Assembly: GCF_009914755.1 (NCBI RefSeq)
Contig: NC_060935.1
DNA from: the human T2T-CHM13v2.0 reference genome, Homo sapiens
DNA length: 64,000 nucleotides
Reading direction: 5' to 3' (one strand)
The notes under the pieces were generated by a model. It ran no database searches, was not told the DNA's origin, and worked only from the letters and a program-made list of their open reading frames with translations. Position 1 is the stretch's first letter. Each line of letters opens with the position of its first letter. This document shows, piece after piece, positions 13,917-24,990 of this stretch. The translations under genes were made by a program, and so were the position numbers.

Positions 13917-14336
13917 CAGTGAAGCAGCAAGACAGAGATTATTTTAGCCCATGGTATCAATTTATCAGTCTTTGGAAAGTAGCCACTTCATCCCAACAAT
14001 ATTAAATGTTTTATGCCCTTCATGTTGTTCCATGAGATAGCAATTGGTTCCCCAAAATCTTCCTTTCAGTGGAAAATTTATTCCACGTTACCATAGACAA
14101 TGCATTAAGGCCATTTTGTCTCTGTGTCTTGCGTCTGTAAAAACCTGTCCTATAATTTTAGCTGATTTTTAAAAATTTCATTCAGCCCTATTGAGGTCAG
14201 AGAACCAATCCTAGATTTTACCCACTTCCAGCGTGGCACATTGTATTTTCCAGAGATGGTTGTAAAAATATCTAATATTCTAACACATTCCTTTTGCAAT
14301 GTGACCTGCTATTACAGTCTGCCCCTCTCCCTGTGA

Positions 14337-14680
<344 letters not shown>

Positions 14681-14984
14681 TATTTATTTATTTTTTTAAA
14701 GACAAGCTTTCACTCCATCATGCCGGCTGGCATGCAGTGGCACGATCATAGTTCACTATAACCTCAAACTCCTGAGCTCAAGTGTTCCTTCAACCTCAGC
14801 CTCATGAGGAGCTGGGACTACAGGTGCATGCCACCATGCCTGGCTAATTTTTAAAAAAAATTTTTGTAGAGATGGGGTCTCACTGTGCTGCCCAGGCTAG
14901 TCTCAAACTCATGGTTTCAAGTGATCCTTCTGTCTCTGCCCCAAAGGATTGAGATTACAGGCATTGACTGCCATGTCCCACTGC
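14681..14984 (-). mobile_element. AluJ
   Basis: cctgagctcaagtg and gcccaggctagtctcaaactc; 15 bp TSD tactgca[t/c]ggtttct at 14357-14371 and 14985-14999 encloses both Alus. Confidence 0.92.
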
Positions 14985-15093
14985 TACTGCACGGTTTCTC
15001 CTGCTTGGTCAGAAGCAACACTTGAGCTTCTCTTTCGGTCTCTTGACCGATATTTTGCTCAGGATGCTACTTCTTGTATCATAGCCCCCAGGG

Positions 15094-15414
15094 TTGTTTT
15101 TTTGTTTGTTTGTTTGTTTGTTTTGTTTTGTTTTGTTTTGAGGCAGATCTCTGTCACCTTGACTGGAGTGCAGTGGCGCGATCTCAGCTCTCTGTAACCT
15201 CCTCCTCCTGGCTTCCAGCATTTTTCCTGCCTCAGTCCCCGAGTAGCTGGGACTACAGGTGCACGCCACCATGCCCTGTTAATTTTTGTAATTTTTAATA
15301 GAGACGGGGCTTCACCATGTTGGCCAGGCTGGTCCCGAACTCCTGACCTCATGATCCACCTGCCTTGGCTTCCCACAGTGCTGGGATTACAGGTGTGAGC
15401 CACCGCACCTGGCC
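15094..15414 (-). mobile_element. AluS (Sg/Sc-like) with (TTTG)n/(TTTTG)n tail
   Basis: dimer ending gcacctggcc; gacctcatgatcc; TSD atagcccccagggtt/acagcccccatgttt. Confidence 0.95.
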
Positions 15415-15799
15415 ACAGCCCCCATGTTTTAAGAAGCTCAAGCCACATACAAAGACCACGTGTGTGTAATCTGGTAGGCAGTCCCAACTAATCCCAGCCT
15501 TTGAGTTATCCTAACCTAAGCACCAGATATGTGGATGAAGAAGCCTCCAGATGATTCTAACCTGCAAGACCTGATTAAGTCTAAGCCATGTGATTCTTCC
15601 CATGTGAAGCCTCAGACACTCTGGAACAGAGACAAACCATCATTGCTGTACCCTGTCTGAATTCTTGGCCCACAGAATCTGTGAGCATAATGAAATGATG
15701 GTTGTTTTATGCCATTGAATTTGGGTTGATTTATTATATAGCAATAAATACCTGGAACACTAGATAATGTTACTGCAACTATTCTTGGTACTCATTTTT

Positions 15800-15890
15800 T
15801 GTATCAAAGTTCTTGGGTTCTAAGTTGTAAGAAGACTGCCTCTGGATGTTTTAAGCATAGAAGGAATTCATGGAAAGGGTATTGCACATA
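15800..15890 (-). mobile_element. Old MLT1-type LTR remnant, probable 5' LTR of the provirus relic
   Basis: tgtatc...gggttctaagttgtaag...ttaagcatagaaggaattcatggaaaggg resembles 9736-9810; adjacent ttcttggtactcattttt is the reverse complement of a MaLR/ERV-L-type internal start (ttggtacc). Confidence 0.55.
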
Positions 15891-16149
15891 TGTGCAATGT
15901 AAGCCCAACATGCAAATGGGCTTGATAGAGTGTTTAGAAAAGGCTTATATAAATAGATTTCATCCTTATGTTTGTCTAATCCTCCTACATGAATGCAGCA
16001 TTATATGTTGTTTTTGTTGTTGTTGTTGTTTTAAAAAAATCCTCTAAGTCATCTTTAAGCACCTATGAGAAGATCATGACAATACTGTTTATATTATCAT
16101 AATCCTTAAGCACTCTATAATTTATGCAGAACTAGCACAAATTTTAGCT

Positions 16150-16310
16150 ATTTATATTTTGATCCACTCAAGCAGTCTGAAAGGTTGATAGGGCAAAAAT
16201 TTCTGCCCCCTTTTAAGTGAGGAAACTGAAGCTTTTAGATGCTACGTGACTTCATCGAAAACTCACATGGCACATAAGGGCTCTGATTCCCCCACGTCTA
16301 GCATTCTTGT
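16150..16310 (-). mobile_element. MIR fragment
   Basis: ttttaagtgaggaaactgaagc...gtgacttc. Confidence 0.55.
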
Positions 16311-16979
16311 CTTCTAGATGTCCTATAGGAATCAACTGCCACAGCCACCTGCAGAGCTGAGGTCATCAGGCCGTCATCAGGGTACTCTGCCCTTCTTAGG
16401 TGCTGTAAGGAGGAGATCACTTATTACACATGCCTAAAGACTGGACGTTGTTTCATAATTGCCAAGAGATAGGCAAGAGTTGTGCTGAATAATCATAACA
16501 TAATCTGATGACAATGAAGTGAGGTGAGCTGGTGGCAGGATAAGGATTTGTACTTAGACCTAATATCATTTTTAGCTCACAGTTTTTGTGACTAAGTATG
16601 TCAATTATGCTAGAGTTCTAGAGTGTTGTAGTTGGGAATATAGGAATGTTGTAAAGCTCCCCCTCAGGGCATCCCACAGCTGGCAAGACCTCACCCTGTA
16701 GGGGCAGAAGGATATCACCACCCCTGAGTGTATCTTATCTTTCATGAGGAGATGGGGTGACTTTCGAGGATGTGCCCAGAAAAACCTCTCCAGTCTGATA
16801 TTCTCTGGTAGCCTTTGCAGAAAATACCTCTTTTGGCTTTGTTGGTATATACTGTAACTGTTACATTTTTATGGAGCCTCATCTTCAGTTTTCTGTAGTA
16901 TTCTGTAGGATTTAGTACAGATTGCAGAAATGGACAAATGGCCTTGTTTATCTATTCTTTTTTCTTCCACATAAAATCA

Positions 16980-17190
16980 CAGCTACCATTTGTTATTTTC
17001 TAAATACTAGGGGGTTGTGATATATAATTTATATAATTATGTTATCAACCTCTATCATAACTCTGTGATAACTGGGACTTAGATATCCATAAAACTTGCC
17101 CAATGTTTTATAGCTCCCAAGTAGCTTAGGAAAGATTTGAACCTAGTCTTCTCTTCCTCCAAAGCCTGGAGATCTTAACACCACTGCTCT
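16980..17190 (-). mobile_element. MIR fragment
   Basis: aacttgcccaatg...gatttgaacctagtc...ccaaagcctg...cttaacaccactgct. Confidence 0.55.
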
Positions 17191-18839
17191 GAGAGATAAT
17201 AATGCACCTCTTTCAAGTCAAAATTATAGGAGAGTTCATGGCACAATGTGCTATCTTCATGAAGCTGCTGTTTCTCACCTGCCCAGGGCCTTACTGCAGA
17301 AACATGTGTCACCATGTGGAAATCCTGGACTACTCTTCCACTTGGGTCCACAAGGTGATTGCCTATACTACTTTTATCTGATGCTATTCAGAACAACACA
17401 TAGCCCACATCTATCCAGAGCGTATTCCCTTCCATTTGTGTGGCCATCCATGGCTACATAAATATATTTCTCTTTTTCTTATGCCACTGTAGTTGCAGGA
17501 CATTTGGAGGATTATTGTTGAAGAAAGGAAGAATGTCGATTGGTAGAATGAAAGTTCAACTGGAATGTTCAGAAATTTATTCTTTTATGTAGTCACTTTT
17601 TGTTCTCCCTAAGACTGTGATCTTTTTAATCAACCTGACATGTTCATATACCTCCTCCCAATGATCCAGCACCATTGAAATGCTCCTATCTTCATTCTCA
17701 GTCTGTCATTTTCTGTCTTGGTCTCTACCTTGGCTCTTTATCTCTAACTTTTTCTTCTACTGTACCCTTATATCCTGACATCAGGAGAAATGGAAATGTC
17801 TTCCATATCTTTTGGTATTTCCTATCCAAAATGGTAATTCAGCAAGCAAATTAATTGCAGCTGAGTAATTAGTATACTTTTATAAATTTCATGTATATTA
17901 GCTGATATGTAACTACATGTTGTGTATTGGGCTAAGTCTCTTACAATATCATTTTCTGTCTTCATAAGCCTCTATGGAGTGGGTTTAATTTCAATCTAAA
18001 TTCTATAGATGAAGATAAACTGATGCCCAATGGATTTAAATATTATACAAAATCCCACAGGCAAAAATATGACAGCCAGGAAGAAACAGTATCAGGAGCA
18101 GAAACTGTGTCTTTCTAAAGCCTATGCCTTTTTCATAGTGCCATCTTACCTTGTAATTTCAGGGCCGGTAAAATAATGTGTAGCAATTCCTTATTTATTA
18201 TCCCACCATCATTGCTGAAATGCTATCTTCTTTTGGAATCAAGTTACTCCTATGATCAATTTTAGGAGTTGGGAAATTGTATAGGTTGAAAGATCCCTTA
18301 AATGAATGTTACCCTAAAGAGAAAAGCTCTTTAAAGCTGTTGGAATCTGGGCTGAAAAAACCAATTTCTATCTATGCTCATGTTAGAAAGGCTTAACCTA
18401 GAATAGCTTTTTGAGTGAAATCATTGACCTCATTTTTCTTCTTTTTCCCTTAAACAGAACCAGTTGGAGATAAGTGTATGTTTGTCCCTTGTCATTTATT
18501 GTTGGTGTCCACAGCGGTTTTATGGATCAGCTGTTTTTATGCTCTTATGTGTATGTAGAGAAATTTCTTGTGGCTTCTGTTGGTGTTAATTTCTGGATAC
18601 CATGATTGCTTACTGGCATCGTGAAGATGAATGAAATTCTCTCTAGTACTGTGAGGCCCATTTATTTATGTGTTTTTGAAGTGTTTTTAGTGAACTTTGG
18701 AGATAGCAAATTTATTTTCCCATAATAAGCCAGGTTTAAATAAACACATTTTTATCATTTTTATTTTATTTAAATAAGATAAATTATTTATCATTAAAAT
18801 AATACTTTATTATTATTTTGTAACATTTACCAGTTGGAG

Positions 18840-19106
18840 GCTTCTCCCTCACTAGACTGTGAGTTTTCAAATGTGAGACTGTATCTCTATATCCACAATC
18901 CTTTATAAATTGGCACCGTCTTACTTGTAATGGACATTTGTCATTTTTCTTACCAATATCTATTTCTACCTACTTGAGTAATCAGAAACAAATTTGATTT
19001 GAAAAATCTAACTTTCCTCCATTGTTACAGCTTGACAGGACTCTATCAAGGGACTGTGTTCTCTCCAAGCCAGGAGGTATCCAAATTGGGCCTAGCACAG
19101 AACTGG
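18840..19106 (+). mobile_element. L2 3' tail interrupted by a ~200 bp templated insert
   Basis: ctccctcactagactgtgag...tatatcc, then insert, then cctagcacag; L2 consensus reads gtatccccagcgcctagcacag. Confidence 0.65.
18895..19090 (+). repeat. Inverted duplicate of 21379-21578 (L2/MLT1 junction)
   Basis: ataaattggcaccgtcttact-tgtaatggacatttg...attgttacagcttgacagga...ctctatcaaggga aligns at ~80% by eye to the reverse complement of 21379-21578. Confidence 0.85.
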
Positions 19107-19244
19107 ATGATCTGTATTACAACACTTAACTTTTGGCTTCCTTTAATATTATGAAAATAAAGGGAAAATATATGTTATAATTAACCAGATATTTACCTTG
19201 GCCTCAGCAACAACCTTCTGTGGCTTTATTTTGGAAGTGAGTAA

Positions 19245-19720
19245 TCATCAACTCATCTAATAAACATTGGAATATCTACTATATATTGGGAACTGTGACT
19301 GGTATATGCTCCCTGCTCTCAAGGAGCTCAGAGTATAGTAGGGAGAAGTAGATCAAAGATAAATTACACATCACATGGAGATGTGTTTACAACACTGTGG
19401 GGGCTCAGAAGAGTGAGGGGCTAAATATTTGAAAAGAATAAACAAGGGTAGAGAAGATTTTCCTGGAAGACAAAGAGGATTAGGTTTCCTAGTTAAGAGG
19501 TGCAGCAGGCTCCTCTAAAGTAGGAGGATCCTCTAAAGTAGGAGGAACAAAAAGTATACGGATAACTTGGAAAAGTTCACAGTAGTAATCTTTTGGAGTA
19601 GAATGAGAGAGAAAGAGGAGGTAGGTTGGGAGTAGATAGAATTATTATGTGCTTTGTGCACCAAGGTCAGGGATTTAGAATTCATTTCATAGACAGAGGG
19701 GTTAAGATGCAGAGACTCAA
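19245..19720 (-). mobile_element. L2 fragment
   Basis: ccctgctctcaaggagctcagagtatagtagggag; ccaaggtcagggatttagaattcatttcatagac. Confidence 0.65.
19511..19546 (+). repeat. Perfect 18 bp tandem duplication
   Basis: tcctctaaagtaggagga x2. Confidence 0.95.
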
Positions 19721-20409
19721 GTCAAGTGAGGAAGATTATTTTCCTTTTTTTCCCAAGAAGGGGGACAGATAATACCAAAGAAATATTTATTAACCCTCTG
19801 ATCAGTCAGGAAGGGCAGCAGGTGAGATAGGGTTGGCATCATTAGATAAGACAAACATGAATCCAATTCCATTTATTTCTTCCTCGTTTTGATTAGCATT
19901 TTTCTTCCCTAATTAAAGTTAATTCATTTGAGCAATTGACAAGTGGGGCTTTGTATCAGTCTTCTTAGGAAAGTAGATAGGACGTCTGGCATTTGCTTCT
20001 TTATATTTTGTTTTTATTGAATAGTCCACTAGTGATTTATCATGAGGAACCAAACTGTATCCATCTCTAGAATTTCCTAAGAAATTGCATCCTTGTCCTT
20101 TATTCACATTAGCAACTTTATTAAGGATTTCATGTTTTTTTCTTCTTCCACATGGTCTCAAGAGAGGAGGGAAATCCTGTCTGTTATACAATGTAGCTCA
20201 TTGCATAATGGGTCATTGCATATTTCTGAAAAGATAGAGGCCAAGGAAGTTTGGAAGGAAACGAAAATGACATTGAAATGTGATGTGTCAGTGGAAAAGG
20301 GAGAGGCAGAGAATTACAAAAAAAAAGAGATGTGGGGCAACTATTTTTGCTTTCTACTTCTCATCAGTTATTAATTCTAAACTCTATAAAGCATTAACAG
20401 TATGCAATT

Positions 20410-20530
20410 TTCCTTTTTTGTGTAAGTTTATGGAGTACAAGAGAAGATTTGTGACATGTATATATTATGTAGTGATCAAGTCAGGGTATTCAGGGTGTTC
20501 ATCACTCAAGGACAATACATTATTGTTAAG
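20410..20530 (-). mobile_element. L1MA 3' end fragment
   Basis: aagtttatggagtacaag...gtagtgatcaagtcagggtattcagggtgttcatcactc. Confidence 0.7.
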
Positions 20531-21057
20531 TAAAATGGAAACAATTTTTAAAAGACATACAGGATTGGAAATTTTAGAATATATACACATAAATAAAATG
20601 AGATCCATCTTTTGAGAAAAAAATCTTTATTCTCTGTAGATGTGATTCAGTTCATTCAATTCAACAAATATTTGTTGAACTTTGCCCGGGTGCCCTTGAG
20701 GATTTCAGCATTTCCTGGAAGCATTGAACAATGTGACTCACTATCCATGATACCATGTTGTAAGTCAAAAAGATGTATACAGTGCTATGAGTACATGAAG
20801 ACAAGGATGCTTAATTGTACCTGTTAGGGCCAGAGAAGGGCTTGACGTAGAAATACTTCCATATCTGACCTAATACTTTAATAATGAATTGGAATTTTCC
20901 AGAAATGAAGAAAGGGTGTTATGGGAATAAGGAAGAGTATGGGCAAATACAAGAAGAATGGAAGTGTAGGACATGCTATAGAAACTGTTCAGCTTCTTAT
21001 GGTCCTGGAATCTAGGAGGTGTGAGTAAAAGAGGACTGGGAGGAGACTGGAAGGTAA

Positions 21058-21152
21058 TGTATCAGTTAGAATTCTCTGGTTACAAGCAACAGAAACTGAA
21101 GAAATAGGCCAACCACACATACACATACACACACATCTGCAAGCATACACGC

Positions 21153-21200
<48 letters not shown>

Positions 21201-21543
21201 TTTATTGTAAGAACTTGGTGCTACTCAGAATTATAGGAAATACTGAAGAGCCAGGATACAAAAAATACAGGAAGTGGGCCTGAGAAACTGATGGTGGTCT
21301 CTTCAGGCAGCCTCATGGGATGAATTATGTTCAGTGAGTTCCTTTAAACACCAAAGACCAGTGGGATAGCATCTGAATGGTCCAACTTGGATTCCTATAG
21401 GCTTAGAGAGAACAAAATCCCTTGATAGAGACTCCTATCAAGCTGTAACAATGGGAGAAAGGGTTCCCAAATCAAACTTGGTTGCTGTTACCCAAATAGT
21501 TAGGAAAAGTTATTGGTAAGGAAAATAACAAATGTCCATTACA
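21058..21543 (-). mobile_element. Old MLT1-type solo LTR
   Basis: tgtatcagttagaattctctggttacaagcaacagaaac...aaatgtccattaca; TSD ggtaa/agtaa. Confidence 0.75.
21155..21197 (+). repeat. (AC)~21 microsatellite with imperfect 5' extension
   Basis: direct. Confidence 0.95.
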
Positions 21544-22322
21544 AGTAAGATAGTGCCAATTTATGAAGGGTTCTGTATGTAAGCTGAGACTTTTGAAACA
21601 TATTTTAGAGGCAGAATCAACAAGACTTCATGGCCCATTGTTTGTTGGGGGAATGACAAGGGAAGAGTCCAAGAAAATGACAGAATTTTTTCTCAGATGA
21701 ATACATGGATAATGAAACCTGTAACTGAGACAGGTGTTAGAGGAGGGTGACAAGTCTGTTATGAAAAGCTAGACATATATTTAGGGTGAAGATGTATCAC
21801 AGATATGTAAACATAGTTTTAAAATACATATATATCACATCTACCTACAAATAAGTCTGAAAATTTCCAGAACAATTCCATGCAGTTTTATTAAACATAT
21901 GGTAATCCGTACATGTCTTATCCAAAAAGTACTGGTCAAGAGCCTCTCTTATTTAGAATACCACCCAAAACAAGAAATGAAGTCAAAAGGACCTCTGCAT
22001 GTCAAAATGGGTATCATAGAACCTATGCTACAAAAACATTTTAGTCACAAGAAATCCCCTCAAGATCTCTCAGGGACAAATTTTACTTTAGAATGATTAT
22101 AATAATTATAAGTAACTACTTAGCTTATAGAAGATTAAGAGCAGCAAATTATAAATGAATGTGAAAGTGGGACATGCTGATAACTGCTTAAAATGATAAC
22201 CTTATATTAAAGAAGGAAAAAATACAAAGTTTCGAAGATTGAAGGGCTCTAAGTCATATGATTCTGAAACTGCATAGCATGAGGAAAACATTCTTATGCA
22301 GATAACGACTCCATGAGGCCAC

Positions 22323-22680
22323 TGTATTTATCAGGATAGGTTGGTTATACTGTATTAACAAGCAATACCAAAATCCCAGGGACTTAGTACCACAAAAGAT
22401 GATTTCTTATGCAAAGACTACCTCTGGTCTCGGTGGCTCCTGTGGGTTACTAAACTCCACATGGAAGCTCATTAATTTATGCTACTGCATATGTAACACC
22501 TGATTCTCAACATGTTCATCACTGAATGTCATAGCAGGGGAAAAGTAACATGGGTACTTCTACCACTGGGTGGAACTAAACACAACCCTGTCAGAGTGAA
22601 GGCAAGTGTAATCCTTCCTCATGTCAGAAACAAAATAAAGCTAGAGATGAGTGGGCATAGGGAGCTTTCCCGCAGTCATT
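22323..22680 (-). mobile_element. MLT1 (I/J/L-like) LTR
   Basis: tcaggataggttggttatactgtattaacaa...aaaatcccagggacttag...atttctt. Confidence 0.55.
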
Positions 22681-22969
22681 CCTGCGCTATGACCTAGGGT
22701 GATGATTTAATTTTACAACAATGCTGGCGTCATCTCAGCAAAGTTGAATCGTGTTTGATTACATTTTACCTTAGAAGAAAGGAAAGAATATAAAGTGTTT
22801 ATTTCACTTCAGTTGTGGTAAGATGCAGAAAGCCTTAGTTCATGTAACACTATCATCATGTGTTTACATAAGGCCTTCTAATGCATTCTACAAAAGTTTC
22901 TACCAATAATGGTGAAAATAGCTAAAAATATATATATCATATGAATGGGAAGGCTTCCATTACCTAGTA

Positions 22970-23199
22970 CAGGGGCTGGCAAACTTTTTCTGAAAAAAGC
23001 CAAATAGTAAATATTTTTGGCTTTGTGGGCCATACAGTCTCTGTTTCAACTACTCTGTTTCAACTTGCCTAGAGCAGTGTGGAAAGCAGTCACAGAGAGT
23101 ATGTAAACAAATGAGTGTGGTTGTGTTCCAGTAAAATGTGATTTAGAAAAATGTATGGCAGGCTGAATTTGACCCAAGGGTCATAGTTTACCATCTCCA
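22970..23199 (-). mobile_element. MER58A hAT MITE
   Basis: caggggctggcaaactttttctg...ggctttgtgggccatacagtctctg; hAT-type 8 bp TSD acctagta/atctagaa. Confidence 0.85.
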
Positions 23200-23619
23200 A
23201 TCTAGAAAATTCACTTGTGGTCATCTCTGTAGAAACCCTAGGGCTCTCCAGGGAACCTTTTGAAAACTGTGAAACAGATGATATGTGAATCCTTCCTAAA
23301 TCTATCTTTCTGCTCCAGCCAAAATAGTCTATTTTCTGTTCCTCAAATGCTGTCGTATGCCTGTGCTTTATCTACATTCTATGCTTCTAAGTTCTGCTCC
23401 TTCTTTGGGGATCAGATTAAGTTCTACTACCTCTTTTAGGTTTCCCCTAAAGGCTCAGATCACCAATGAGAACTATTTCCTCTAAACTCCAATCTACTTG
23501 GCTCAGATGTCTCTTTGCCTTATACAAAAAGATAAGTGCTATATTTCCTGTTGGATTTGAAGTTAGGCAAGAACAATGTCTTGGATTTAATTTAATTTCC
23601 TAACACAAAAGAGATGCCC

Positions 23620-24400
23620 CTTCATCTTCCTTCTAATCACATACAAGCTTCTTGGAAGATCTGGTCACACTCACTCTATTTCCTTTTCTGCCTACTCATC
23701 TTTTTAGTATGATCTGGATCCTACCTTCACCAATACCCTAAGCCTCCTCTTAACACATGGCCAAGGAACTTGTGCTTGCCAATTTCCCCTTGGCATTTTC
23801 TTATGAGAAGTCGCCTATTTGCTCTTTCCTTATTCAGATAAGAAAGATTAAGTCTTTCAACGGTAATGACCACTTCCCTCTGAAATACACTCTTTCTTTT
23901 ACTTCCTTGGTACCACACTCTCTTGAGTTTTCTTCTTCTTTCATTCAGTCTTTCTCAGTCTCCTTGCTCCTCTTACCCTTCTTGTCCTTTCAATGTTAAT
24001 GATCTTTCAGGGGTCCTATGTCTTCTCCTTTTATTTTGTACATTTTTCCTGAGCAATATTATTACCTTTATTTCTTCAATTGACTTCCATATCCTGATGA
24101 CCTCCAAATCTATTTTTCTTGCCTAGTTTCCCTTCTGACTTCCACACCTATAAACTAACTGCTTCTGAGACATCTCCACTTCGATAACTTAGAAGCCTCT
24201 CATACTCAAAATCTCTAAGGCTAAAACCCAAACCTGCTCTGCATCCTATCTTTTCTTTTTAGTGAATGGAGCCACCAGTTAATGGTTGCCAAATCAGAAA
24301 CCTAGCAAGCAGGTGTTTTGCCTGTATCCCCCAGCCCCAGATGCCTCAGATAATTTGTGTGCCTCTCTTGATTCACTACTCATCTGTTTCTCTCCTGATT
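23620..24400 (+). mobile_element. L2 fragment
   Basis: gaccacttccctc...ctgatgacctccaaatctattt...gacatctccacttcgata...ctcatactcaaaatctctaag. Confidence 0.7.
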
Positions 24401-24412
24401 TATCCTGTACTA

Positions 24413-24608
24413 CAGCAAGATTCTCCTATTGACATTTTGGGCTAGATAATTCTTTGTTGTGGGGGCGCTCCTGTGCATTGTAGGATGTTTGGCAGCAACT
24501 ACAAGCCAGTATCACCCACTCTCCACACTTGTAACCAAAAATAAATATTTCCAGGCATTGCCAAATGTCTTCTAAGAGGGCAAAATAGCCCCCAGTTGAG
24601 AATCACTG
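24413..24608 (-). mobile_element. MER20 hAT MITE
   Basis: attgacattttgggctagataattctttgttgtggggg...cattgccaaatgtc...gttgagaatcactg. Confidence 0.9.
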
Positions 24609-24681
24609 TTTTCAAACATCTTTACTCATTGATTACAGCTATATGGTAGGTATATGTTAATTCTTTCTTCCCCTTCTTTCC

Positions 24682-24990
24682 TGTATTAATTACAATTTTT
24701 TATTGCATGAGACAGAAACTTAGCTTGAGCTATCTTCAATTGAAGTCGGGGGGATCTTAAGGAACTCAAGAATATGAATTTGGCTGGGTCTCAGGAACAG
24801 CCAGGCCAACAACAATGTTGGCCAAACGCCATTTTGGGTCAGACATCTACACCTGAATCAATCTGCTGTGATTAGTATCAGAAGGCAGGATCTGGCATGG
24901 GAGTTTCTGCAGGAATCAGGTGGATAGATTGACGAACGGCCAAATTGGAAGACTGTTTTTAAAAGAAGGTGCCTGGCAGATATATAATAG
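24682..24990 (-). mobile_element. Old MLT1-like LTR
   Basis: tgtattaattacaattttttattgcatgagacagaaac start. Confidence 0.4.

Larger units (their letters stand above)
10400..14231 (-). mobile_element. ERV-L-class endogenous retrovirus internal region (degenerate gag-pro-pol-dUTPase)
   Basis: collinear minus-strand translations match ERV-L PR, RT, RNase H, IN and dUTPase (see sub-features). Confidence 0.85.
20645..21780 (-). mobile_element. L2, split by an MLT1 LTR
   Basis: ttcattcaattcaacaaatatttgttga tail; resumes after 21544 with gaggcagaatcaacaagactt. Confidence 0.65.

Noticed and set aside
10400-14231. Domesticated or intact retroviral gene
   Set aside because: Multiple stops and frameshifts in every domain, with catalytic residues mutated or deleted
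15009-15487. ORFs of 74-142 aa here, and similar ORFs at 4264, 14350, 35823, 59071, 60550 and 62199
   Set aside because: Translations of Alu sequence
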